Origin: Mobula hypostoma
Lineage: Eukaryota
DNA length: 64,000 bases
Direction of reading: 5' to 3'
NCBI RefSeq assembly: GCF_963921235.1
Contig: NC_086109.1
Location: forward strand, 37,512,001-37,576,000
Made by a program: the position numbers and the translations under genes. The notes beneath the pieces were generated by a model, which did no database searches, was not told where the DNA came from, and was given only the letters and a program-made list of their open reading frames with translations. This document shows, one piece after another, positions 39,057-50,907 of the stretch. Position 1 is the first letter of the stretch. Every line of letters starts with the position of its first letter.

Positions 39057-39585
39057 TCTGATCTTCGTGTCCTCATCCAGTTCTGGTCCCGTGTCCTGCC
39101 GCCAAGTCCAGTCCTGTTGCCTTGCCACGTCTTGTCCTCGCCTAGATTTGGAGTCCGAGCCTGACTCAAGACCCAGGTTCCGGTTCCCTGTCCAGTCTCT
39201 GGCTTGGAGTTGTTGTCCAGGTTCCAAGTTTCTTGTTCCTCATCCAGGTCCTGCTTTCCTAGTCTAGACCTAGCCCAGGCCCTGTATCCTAGTCTCGTCC
39301 AGGGCCTGTGTCTTGTCCAGTGTCGTTTCTTCTCCACTTCCCTTGCTTCCGTGACACAACCAGTCCTGTTCCTAGTACTTCAGTGTCTGTGTCTTGCATT
39401 TCGGTCCGCTCCCAGCACCCCACTTCTGACAGGCTGACAATTCCATTGGAAGTCTTTGAGGAAATAACAGGCAAGACAGACAAAGGAGGGTCAGTGGATG
39501 CTGTTTACTTGGATTTTCAGAAGGCCTTTGAGAAAGTGCTGCACATGAGACTGCTAAATAAAATAATAGACAATGGCATTACAGG

Positions 39586-39707
39586 AAAGGTACTAGCATT
39601 TACAGAAGATTGGCTGAGTGGCAGGATGAAAAGAGTTGGAATAAATGTTTATTCCAACTCTTTTCCTCCTGCCGCTCAGCCAATCTTCTGTAAATGCTAG
39701 TACCTTT
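39586..39707. repeat. Near-perfect palindrome (60-bp arms, 2-nt spacer)
   Basis: 39586-39645 is the reverse complement of 39648-39707 with 2 mismatches. Confidence 0.95.
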
Positions 39708-42700
39708 TCTGGTTGGCTGCTGGTGACTAGTAATGTTCCACAGGGGTCAGTGTTGGGACCGCTTCTTTTCACGTTGTATTTCAGTGATTTGGATGATGGA
39801 ATTGATGGCTCTGTGGCCAAGTTTGCAGGTGACAGGTGAGGGGCAGGTAGTGTTGATAAAGTAGGGATTCTGTAGAAGGACTTAGCCAGATTAGGGGAAT
39901 GAACAAAAGTGGCAGATGAAATATAGCATAGGGAAGTGTATGGTAATGGACTTCGGTGGAATCAATAAAGGTGTAGACTATTTTCTAAGCAGGGAGAAAA
40001 TTCAAAAATCAGAAGTGCAAATGGACCTTTTGAAGTCCTCATACAGAATTCCCTAAAGGTTGACTTACCGGCTGAGTCAGTGATAAGGAAGGCAAATGCA
40101 ATGTTCACATTCATTTCTATGTTTAGAATATAAAAGCAAGGATGTAATACCGAGGCTTTATTAAGCATTGAACAGACCACATTCGGAGTATTTTTAGCAG
40201 TGATAGGCCCCTTATCTAAGAAAAGATGTGCTGGCATTGGAAAGAGTTCAGAGAAGGTTCACAAGAATGATTCCCAAATGAAAGGTCTTATGTTTGATGG
40301 CTCTAGGGTATATTTAAAGGGGAGGTTGATAGGTTGTTGATTAGTAAGGGCATCAAAGGTTACGGGGAGCAAGCAGGAGAATGGGATGAGAGGGATAATA
40401 AATCAGCCATGATGGAATGACAGCAGACTCGATGCGACAACTGGTCTAATACTGCACTTATGTCTTATAGTCTTATGGTTTTATAGTTAGTATGATTCTC
40501 TGCACCTGTGATAATGCAAGTAAGTTCCTCATTGTATCTGTACATGTACTTGAGCATATGACAATAATCTCAGTTTTGACTTGAAGATGTTTGGAACGCA
40601 CAAAAGATTTTAAAGGGTTAGAGATATGCAAAGTGACTGGGAAGAATGATATGAAATGGAGTATTTTATGGGGAAATGTGAGATCACTTGATTTGGTAGG
40701 AAGAAGAGAAATGCATTCAATTATTTAATAATATGACACCATTGAATCTGGCAGCATGAAATATAATAAAAACACTAGAAATGAGGTACAGAAAGCAATT
40801 AGAAAGCAAAAGGAGTAAAGGGGCTTAATGTGAGAGAGCATAATGTGCAGAGTTTTGGTTTCTTAAGGAAAGAAGTAATTGCCCTTGAGAAAGTACAGAA
40901 AAGATTGATTCATAAACTGGCAGGGTTATCTTTTGGGTAAGGTGAATAAGTTGAGTCCAGGTTCCATGTAATTTAGAAGAACAAGAGATGGTTGTATTGA
41001 AACATATAAAGGCCATTCTGTGGATAATGGCAAACATAAGATTGAAATTAACTGAAACATTTGCTGTGTGGAGTTGTGGATCTGGGATTCTTCACGCCAG
41101 AAGTTAGCAGTGAGTGAATCATTAAGTACATTTGAGGCTCTTTATCTTTGCTTTTCACTCATCAGCACACAATTTGCACAACAAGATTTATCTGTTTCCC
41201 AAAGTGCTTTCTTTATCGGCTCTAATTTCACATAAGCTGTCACACAACATAAGAAAAAGGAGCAAGCCATTCATCCCCTTGGGCCTGTGCTGCAATTCAC
41301 CTCTTGTTTTGTAGCCTGAACACCACTTGCCTACTCATACTTTCTGAGTCCCTTGCAGTTTAAATATCTGTCAACCTCCACCTAAAATACATAAAGTGAT
41401 ATTTTTTCCACAACCTTTTGGGGTAGAAAATTCAAAAGACACACAACCCCAAATGAAGGACTCCATCCTCATCTCCATTTGGATGAAGAGGGAAAAAACC
41501 GTCTACGCATTCATCCTGCCAATTTCCCACGGCATCATCAAAGTTTCAATTAGATTCCCCCCCTCATTCTTCCAAACCTCAATGAATATTGACAGCACCT
41601 ACTCAAGGTTTCTTCATCCCTGATGTCCAGAGAGTGAAAGGAGCAGATGCAGGAAATCTGAAACAAAAATGGTAGAAATATTCAATAGATCAAGCAGTGT
41701 GCTTAAAAAAAGAAAGAGGCCTTTTGTCAAAACTGGGGCAGAGAGATAAAATGTTGACTTTAGGTTGCAGGCATAGTGTACAGAAAGGTGGATAGGATAA
41801 AGGATAAATCTGTGATAGTTTGGGCTAGGGTGAGCATCAGGATGGGGTGTCAATCAGGTGGACTTATCAGGTGATAAAGAAGTTGCAAATAGCAGGTCAG
41901 GGTATGGTAATTGAGTGGAAAAATTGAGCCAATATCACAGACAGATGAACTAAGTTCAAGTTCAAGTTAGCATGAATATAGCCAATCAAAGCAGTGTTCC
42001 TCTGGGACCAAGGTGCAAAACACATTACCAACAGCACACAGCACACTGAACTGAGCACATAGCACAAATGATTACGATTGCAAAAGAAAACAGTTACAAA
42101 GAAAAAAAATATATACTCCAGTGCTTCAGGGGCATGACTGTGGATTGATCGTATATTGTCCTTGTCCAGTTCGTTTTACCACCGATTGAACACTGGAGGG
42201 CAGCACTAACTAAACACCAGAGAAGCTGCACTGACAGGAATGGCCAGCCCAGTACAACACTGGAAGTGACTATAAACTGATACATTAAAGCAGAATTATG
42301 GTGGAGAATTTAGATTTGGATTTATTTATTAATCACATATATATCATCTCCTCTCCTTAACTCTTCATTTACTGCCCTGACCTACTATTCCCCTCATCCC
42401 TGCCCCTTTAAAAAAAATAAAGTGAAGATCATCTGCAGAGATTGATTTAGAGAAGACCAAATTGTGAACACTGAAGGATCACATTAGATTGGCAGAAGTT
42501 CAAGTTGAGGATGTGATGAGAAGAATAGGTAAGGAGGAATGATTGGTTGTGGTATATTTGGATTTCAGGAGTTTTTCAACAAGATCTCATATTAGAGATT
42601 GGTCAGGAGGTTAGATCATGAAATTGGAGGTAAGTTACTATTATGATTTGAAAATTCTTCTTCCCCTCCTGCTAAGATGGCGGCGTGCATGGTCACAGTG

Positions 42701-43246
42701 GCCTCTCCAGGTGCAGAGTGTGTTTTAAATGATTTTTTTTTGTGATCACAAGACCCAGTTGGACATTGGTAATATAAAATACTGCAAGTTCAATTCACTG
42801 GCTCATTGGTGAGACTGACGGCAGGGGAGCTGTGCAGACCAGGCTGTCACCTGCTACAGCCACCCAGGGGATGAGGTGCCGGAGATGATGTAGGAGGGTG
42901 ATGTAGAGGCGTGGCGCGCGAGCTGGAATCCTTGCATCGGTACTGCTCTCCCAGTATTTGCTCCCTGGAAGACAAACTGTGTTTCCTGTAGCTGAACCAG
43001 CGCGAGATGAGGAACTGCTGCAGACTTGTTCGTGCACAAACATGGCTCCAGGACAACATCCCATGCACCAACAATCTCCAGACCATGCCACTCGGGGACT
43101 TGTGCTAATATTATTTTGTGATTGTATGTGCTATCGTAGCTCTATGTTGCAAAAGCACATACTGTTCATGAAGGGATCAGCAGTGGAAAAGGCAACATAG
43201 TCAATATAGTCAACATCTCTGAGGATCTGCCCTGGGTCCAACATTA

Positions 43247-43486
43247 AGGCATCCGTTAGTCTTGCGAGACCATGGATCTGCGCCTGGCAGAGTCTCTCCT
43301 CTCCACGACACCAATGTTGTCCAAGGGAAGGGCATTAGGACCCATACAGCTTGGCACCAGTGTCGTCGCAGAGCAATGTGTGATTAAGTGCCTTGCTCAA
43401 GGACACAACACATTGCCTCGGCTGGGGCTCGAACTCATGACCTTCAGGTCGCTAGTCCAATGCCTTAACCACTTGGCCACGAGCCC
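43247..43486 (-). mobile_element. tRNA-derived CORE-type SINE
   Basis: On the minus strand: A box tggccaagtgg, B box gagttcgagcc, then gtgtccttgagcaaggcacttaa. Inserted in a Rex1-type fragment. Confidence 0.8.
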
Positions 43487-43879
43487 ACATATTGATCCAA
43501 CATATTGATGCAATTACTAAGAAGGCATGACAGCATCTACATTTCATTAGGAGTTTGAGGAGACTTGGAATGTCACTTAAGACCCACAAATTTTTAAAGG
43601 TGCTTGATGGAGATCATTCTAACTGATTGCATCACTGTCTGGTATGGAGGGGCCACTGCACAGGAGGCTGTGGGTAGTTGAGTCCTCAATATTTACAATT
43701 TGGATGTCGAAATGTCATGTTGCCAATGATCTAAACTAGGCAGACATTCGAGTAGGAGGGAGGATGTGAAGTGTCTTCAAGGGGATAAAGAAATGTTACG
43801 TGAATCAGCGAAAACCTGGTGACTGGAGTACATTTTGGGAAGGTATAAGGTCACAAAAGTCACAGTATTTTATAAACTA

Positions 43880-44086
43880 GTCCCTTCCGAATTTCCGGGC
43901 TTTATGGTTGGCCACGGGCGTCGTTTCGAAGCGAAGCGCCGACATGCTCCAGTCCGGCCATGTGTGATCCAGGCCGGGTTTTGCCTTGCCTCGCAGCGAC
44001 CGGAAGCAGCCGTTGCAGGAGGCGCACCTCGCGGGTGATTTGAAACCGGCGGAGCGAGGGAAGTGTCTGCAGGCCGAGGAGCCTCG
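43880..44086 (+). promoter_or_regulatory. UBE2T: UBE2T CpG-island promoter and non-coding exon 1, with ETS site and CDE/CHR element
   Basis: CpG-dense stretch ending in a strong donor CG|GTAAGT (GT at 44087). CCGGAAG at 44000-44006; CGCGG-N4-TTTGAA at 44030-44044. Confidence 0.75.
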
Positions 44087-44329
44087 GTAAGTGAACGCTT
44101 CCCTTCCGAGCGCTGACTGTGGTTCAGCCAGTCCTGACTCGGTGAGGATGCTAATTTATATTCCGACATGGGTTCTGCGATGCAGCCATCGCTGTCCTTA
44201 GACTGGGAGATGCTGAACTGCGGGAGTTGGTTCAGAAGCAATTGAGGGTAGTTGTTATGGACGACAAACGTTTATCCATTTCACTCCTCAGATACTGCAT
44301 GCGATGCAAACTCACTGTGTAACTTTGTA

Positions 44330-44393
44330 ACATACATCAAAGTTTGATGTATGTTGCTTGAATTTCTAGCATCTGCAGAATTCCTGTTGTTTG
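44330..44393. mobile_element. 64-bp Penelope terminal fragment with a hairpin end
   Basis: 14-bp TSD tgtgtaactttgta (44316-44329 / 44394-44407); hairpin acatacatcaaa-g-tttgatgtatgt; tail matches the other Penelope copies. Confidence 0.85.
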
Positions 44394-45106
44394 TGTGTAA
44401 CTTTGTACCTGCTGATTGTCAAATTAGGGTTGTTTTATTTCATGGGGGGGGCGGGGAGGAGGCAATGTTGTGTGTATAGGCAAGAGGGGATATTGCTCCG
44501 CCGATCACTACTGTTTAGTTGAAATTTCTGCTTTCAGTAAAGGAAGTTGTGTTGGAAGACATACCTCTGTTAGAAGTACTTATTAAGGCAGCATTTAAAA
44601 GACGAACAGGTATGTAGATTGGAAAGGCTTGGAGGAATAATGGTAAATAGGACTAGCTTAGATGGAGATTTTGGTTGGTTTGCATGAGTTGGGCGAAATG
44701 ACCTGTTTCTATGCTATATGACTCAATTCTGCTGCTTATGCCAGGAACAACACAGAAACCTATAAACTTTGCATGTCTCTCCTGCAGCAGCGTGGCCCTT
44801 TGAGGAATCTAAGTATCTCCAATTTAGCCCCTTTAATTATCCTTGAAATTAACAGCCCTGACTTCAGATGCCTTGCCTCCAAATCCTGTTGTCAATCTCT
44901 CTCTGGTAATCCAGTGAGGTGATACATTTTCTCTTTGTGATTACCCACTTGACCAAGTTCTTGATTCCATGTCTAAAATATCCTTGTATATTTCAGTCCC
45001 AAATTTTGTCAGTGTTTCTACAAGTCAGCTTGGGTTGTTTTACATGTTAAAGTTGCTAAATTATGTAATTTCTTGTCTTTGTGTACTTCAGATAAACTGG
45101 AAGACA

Positions 45107-45215
45107 ATGCAAAGAGTTTCGAGGTTAAAAAAGGAGCTGCAGTTGCTGGCGAACCAGCCTCCACCTGGTATTTCTTGCTGGCAGAAATGTGATCAAATGG
45201 ATGAATTACGAGCAC
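45107..45215 (+). CDS. UBE2T: Ubiquitin-conjugating enzyme E2 T, first coding exon (exon starts at 45092)
   Basis: Acceptor ttcag at 45087-45091; ATG at 45107; reads MQRVSRLKKELQLLANQPPPGISCWQKCDQMDELRA; donor gtatg at 45216 (phase 1). Confidence 0.95.
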
Positions 45216-45229
45216 GTATGTTTTAATTA

Positions 45230-48025
45230 CTTGCAGGAATCCAAACTTGAAACATGGCTTAACTCTGACATACCAGACAACTTTGTTCAAATGTCAGGAT
45301 ACCAGATATTTAGAGTGGATGCTGACAGTGCACTATGTAGCAGATCACCTGCTGGTGTCTTGTACATGCTTATAAATAACAGATAGTGCAGGGATGTGTC
45401 CATCATTCTTTCTTTTTCCTTTGGTGACTTAGAGACTCTTTTCTTGCATTGCAAACTATTCTACCTGTCCAGGAAATTTCACTCTGTTATTCTGAATGGT
45501 ATTTGCATTCCCACCTCATGCAAAAGCTCAATCTGCCCATTGGCTGCTTGCTGATATCATTTGTGATTTGGAAAATAAAATTCCCATAAATTTCATTTTC
45601 ATTATGAGGAATTTTAACCATTGTAACATGAAACATAATCTGCTCAGAATACCACCAGATGGTTAGCTACCTGACTTGAGGATGGAATTTTGGACTACTT
45701 CTATACCAACATTAAAGAGGAATTCTGCCATTTTCCTGTTGGGCACCGATTATCATCTCTGACCATGCCATGATCGGGCTTGTTCCCAGCTATAAACAAA
45801 AACTGGAACAATCTAAACCAACCACGACCATCAGATGATGATGGACTCCTGAGGCTGTTGGAAGGCTGAGAGACTGCTTGGGCTCCACGGATTGGAAGGT
45901 TGCTGTATAGTATAGATGAACATTGTAACATTTTACAAATCCTGTGAAGATGTGTGTCTTAAAAACATCATTGAGTTATAACAATGACAAGTCATGAGTC
46001 AACAAGGAGTTGAGGACTCTGCAAAGGATCATGCCTATAGGTCCAGAAACAGAAATATAGCTCTGCAAAATGGCAGTTTGCACTTAAATAGATCAGCTAG
46101 AGGGAGACTTCAACAACAGTAGCCAGGCAGTCTAGAGTTTCCTGCAAAGTCTTACCAACTTCAGAAGTGCTCCCACATCTCCATTCCCTACCTTGGCCAG
46201 TCAGTTTTATTGCTGGTTTGATATGGACAATCAACATCTATCTTTTCTCACTTCCTCTGATCTAACCCACCCTCCTCCTTCACAACCACTCCAATGTCTC
46301 CTTCATCCCACCCCTATTCACTACCTTCTGCATCCTCCCCCTCTTGCCCTCTCCCCCCATGCCACCCTATACTTCCTGTGAAGCAAGAAGATGTTCGCAG
46401 AGGATTTGGAAAACAACATTAGGAAAGCTGCATGCTCTAATGGTCTCACCTGGTACTCGAAAGACACTGAGGATCAGCTAACACATGTCTTCATTGAGTT
46501 ATTTAACACCTTCCTGTAATTATGCAGTGTTCTGGATTGCTTTAAAGTTGCTATAATCATTCTAGTTCCCAAGAAAGACAAGATCACTGGACTTAATGAT
46601 TATAGGCTAGTCGCTCTGATTTCAGTAGTTATGAGAACCTTTGAACATCTGATGTTGACCTATCTCAAGTCCATTACTGATCCTCTTCTTGACCCGCTAC
46701 AGTCTGCTTATAGAGCAAATCACTCAGTTGAGGATTTAGTTAACTTGTGCCTTCATTACATTCTTCACCATTTGGATTCCTCCCAACAGCAATGTGAGGA
46801 TCTTTGTTGTGGTTTTTAGCTCTGCCTTCAGCACTATTGTTCCTTAGTTACTCCACAGCAAGCTAACCTAGCTAGATGTACCCTAAGTTATCTGTCAGTG
46901 GACTGCAAACTTCCTGACAAGAAGGAAGCAATATGTGTGGTTGGGCTCCTTGTCTGATCCAGTGTCTATAAGCTCTCCCCAAGTTTGTGTTCTTTCATCC
47001 CTCCCATTCTCACTTTATACAAATGACTACCTCCACAGATAAATTTAAGATTCTAAAGTTTGGATGACATGACTGTAGTTGGTCTCAATCTGCAATAATG
47101 ATGTGACTTGTTATCAAAGTGAGATCACCCATCTTGCAACAATGTGTGCTCATAACAATGTAGAGCTTAATGCTATCAAGAAAGTGGAAATGATGATTGA
47201 CCAACATTAACAGCTGTACCTGCCCACCCCACCCCCTTGTAAATTAAGGGTCAGGCTGTGTCTGGTCAAGTCATTTAAATTCCTGGGGCTATCATTACCA
47301 ATACATTGAAGTGGACCAAGAATGTTGTACTCATCATTGGTAAAGCCCAACAGAGATTCTTCCTACACCAGCTTTGGAAACAACATCTCAGGGCATATCC
47401 TGATAAATTTTTACTCAGCCAACATAGAGGGTGTTAAGACAAGCTGTGTTACCATTTGGTTTCCTGCCACCTCCTCTCCCTCCAAGTTGCAGCGAATGGT
47501 CCACTCAATGGTGAAGATCATTGGCTGTCAGCTACCAACATTAAAGGAGTTGCTCATCACCAGAGTTAAGAAAAGAGCTGAAAAAAATTACTGTTGATTC
47601 CACCCACCGCACAGTCACTTTTTCACTAAATTGGTATCAGGGAGGCACTACAAATCCATTACCACCAGGACTAAACATTTCCAAAGCTTTTCCCTGTAGC
47701 TATCTGGCTTCTCAACAAAACTCACTCAGGTGCAATGCTGTAACTGTCCCTGCACATCTGTTAAACAGTGTTTCCTGGTCTCCTTGTTCTGCTGATAATT
47801 AAGTCTGACTATGTGTTCACATTTATTTAAGTTTGATTATTGACGTTTGCACATGTGCCCATTCTGCTAATTGTTGATTGCTCATGGCTGTTTGCACTAT
47901 TGTCTTGTAAACTGCTGGTTGCTATTGCGTTGTTTTTTGTGGTATTGCCCTGTGTTTTATGCTTGGCACCGAACTACAATCAATCTGGTATGCTTCACAT
48001 ACTGGCAATAAAGTGATTCTGATTC
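45230..48025 (+). mobile_element. Decayed Rex1/Babar LINE in a UBE2T intron
   Basis: Remnant peptides ETWL..DIPD, LNDYRLVALISVVMRTFEHL, DPLQSAYRAN and INFYSANIE; ends in caataaagtgattctgattc. Confidence 0.75.
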
Positions 48026-48169
48026 CAAATGTATGGGCTGTCATAGTTTTAACTTATTAATGGCCCTCAGTTTATTTTTAATCTGAGCTGTCAAGGCTAA
48101 TCATTTTTTTTTACGGAATTAAATCTGACAGTTTAACTTTGGTTATAAATCCTATTTTATTCTTTCTAG

Positions 48170-48239
48170 AAATTTTGGGAAGCGCTGATTCGCCATATGA
48201 AGGGGGAATATTTAATCTTGAAATTATTGTTCCTGAAAG
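48170..48239 (+). CDS. UBE2T: UBE2T coding exon 2
   Basis: tttctag acceptor; reads (Q)ILGSADSPYEGGIFNLEIIVPE(R); donor gtaaaa; phases match the flanking exons. Confidence 0.95.
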
Positions 48240-48309
48240 GTAAAATTAGCTTTAATATCACTTTTGATTTCCCCTGCCCTTGTGTTCCTTTGCACAGAGT
48301 AACACTCCT

Positions 48310-49275
48310 GTATGTTCTGATCACTCCATTACAGGAAGGGTGTGGAGGCTTTGGAAACAATACAGATGTTTGCCAGGATTAGAGGGTATGAGGTGTAAGT
48401 AGAGGTTGGAGAAAGCTTGTGTTGTTTTCTCAGAGACTAAGGAGAGATCTGATAGAGGTTTAAAATTATGAGAAGCAAAGCTGGAGTAGATGGTCAGAAT
48501 CTTTTTCCCAGAGTAGAAATGTCAAGTACTAGAGGACATGCATTTAATTTGGAGGAGAAATGCTTAAAGGAGAATTGCAAGACAATTCTTTTTTCTTTTT
48601 TTTAATAGAGTGCCTGGAACAGGCTGCCCAAGGTTGTAGTAGAAACTCATGTGATACTTTAAGAGGTTGTTAGATGGGCACATGAGTATGCAGGAAATAA
48701 AGTTATGGATCATCCACAGGCAAGAGATTTACTTTAGCATCCTTAAGTGCAGACTTAAGGCTGATTTATACTTCTGCGTCAAATGGACGCCGTGGCCTAC
48801 GCACATTGTGAGCATTTATATTTGTGCGTTGGTGTGTCTGCATTGCTCTGCAATTCAGGCACGTCACACATGCGCACACCTGCCCGTGCAAGGCTTCATG
48901 GTCATGGTACTCTTTCTCGGGGTAAACAAGTTTAAAGCGAGCGTCTTTTTTCATAAAATCGAAATGTGTCCTCCATAATTTCGGAGGTCTGTAAAGTTTT
49001 ATGGAAAGCATTGCAGCCAGAGTTCCTTCCCTGCCCTTCAGTCGCCCAATGGGAAGCTATTGCAGCGTAGGAAGAAATGCGATGCTACCAAGCGGACCGA
49101 TCACAGTGGTTGCGCTCTGTGTTGCTGCGACGCGTAGTTACGTTTTGGGAGAGGTGCGCATCAGGCTACGGTGTAGGGTTCGCGGCTATACTACCTACGG
49201 CATCGATTTGATGCAGAAGTATGAATCAGCCTTCAGTGGGCTGAAGGGCCTGTTCCTGTGCTGTCCTATGTTCTA
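48310..49275 (+). mobile_element. CR1 3' fragment, split by a MITE
   Basis: Decayed CR1 ORF2 end and 3' UTR gggctgaagggcctgttcctgtgctg...tatgttcta. Confidence 0.7.
48758..49232. mobile_element. PIF/Harbinger-type MITE
   Basis: 27-bp TIRs aggctgatttatacttctgcgtcaaat / atttgatgcagaagtatgaatcagcct; 3-bp flanks tta/tca; CpG-rich. Confidence 0.85.
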
Positions 49276-49868
49276 CTGTTTGGTTAATTAAGCACGGCTG
49301 TGCTTGAATTGTGCCTATCTTTAATATCTGCAGCATTTTTTAAATGGTCTATGAACATGAAAGCTAAAATACACATAGGAAAATGTATTTTGTCTTTCCA
49401 CTGTGATACGCTTACTGAGGAAGAACTAAATTTGAAACCTTTTGTTCTATTTTGAAAAGCATGAATTTAGGTTACTTAATTTCTATATTTAACCGCTGGG
49501 CGGGGGGGCGTAGATCGTAGATCTGCCATTATTTCAAAAATTGTTTCCTTGTCATCTTTGTTAGGTATACTTAGGTTAAAGTGGTGAAGGTAGGATTAAG
49601 TGGAATTGTGCTGCTTAGTTTAAACTGACTCCCTACATGGCTTTAATTTGTCAACAATGAATCAAAATTACGGAGTGTAGCAACTATTGTTAAACTACAT
49701 GTCTGTGCCACTTATCAAGCACTTGTACATTAATCCCATAACAGGAGTTTTGATAGAACATGTAAACTGCACACAGTGTTGGAAGTCAGGATTGTACCTG
49801 GGTCACTGGCACTGCGAGGCAAGGTCTTATTTTTTTTGAGATTACAAATGATTTAAAAGTAAATATGA

Positions 49869-50295
<427 letters not shown>

Positions 50296-50832
50296 CTCTA
50301 CAGTGTTACTGTCTTATATTTTATATATACACTATTATTTTTCCCTCCATTAGCTTTGGAAGTAATGTTAATTAATAAAATACTTGGACTTGCTACTATA
50401 TTTTTGGAACAACCTAGGTATACTTTTTTAAGTGATTCAAATAGTACTCTTCAATTTCGTGATTTGTTTTTAATTGTTTGTTGTCACAACGTCAAACATT
50501 AATGGGCATTATTTTTCTGTGGCTAGAGCTTGCTTAGCGTCACATCAAGAATATCCACTTTGATACTCGCTTCTGTATCTTGATACTTTGTACTGGGAAC
50601 TTGTTGTATCAATGATATGAGAATAAATAATTTCTTGTTCACGTTTTCTTTTCCCTGAATCCCCAAATAGTATTCGGGATTTAGAAATGAATTGAGTAAT
50701 TAGAATATTGCATTTTGTTTTTGCCTCCAGCATTCTAAATTGGGCACCAATCTACTTTTGAGAATTTAGTGTTTAGAATTGAAAATACACTTGGACTAAG
50801 AGGTTAACTGTCCTGTGCTATCACCAGTGGGA

Positions 50833-50907
50833 TCATCAGTTGATCTGCCACCTGTCTTCAGGAGTTTTGGCCCACTTATGATCAAGACTCCCTCGAGGTG
50901 GTGGGCC
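50833..50907 (-). ncRNA. Second copy of the permuted hammerhead (GAAA mutated to AAAA)
   Basis: Same four helices; perfect stem I UUGAUC/GAUCAA; G-to-A change at 50868 at a CpG site. Confidence 0.6.

Larger units (their letters stand above)
31467..39431 (+). mobile_element. Solo LTR, family A copy 3, split by the Nimb/I element
   Basis: TGTCA...TGACA termini; degenerate TSD gaccg/ggctg; reverse-complement similarity to copies 1 and 2; TATA-like cataaatag at ~31602. Confidence 0.8.
29982..40478 (+). mobile_element. Old CR1 fragment, the outermost host of the nested insertions
   Basis: CR1 RT sequence is colinear across 29982-30252, 31244-31466 and 39432-40478 and ends in a tcttatgg tail. Confidence 0.85.
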
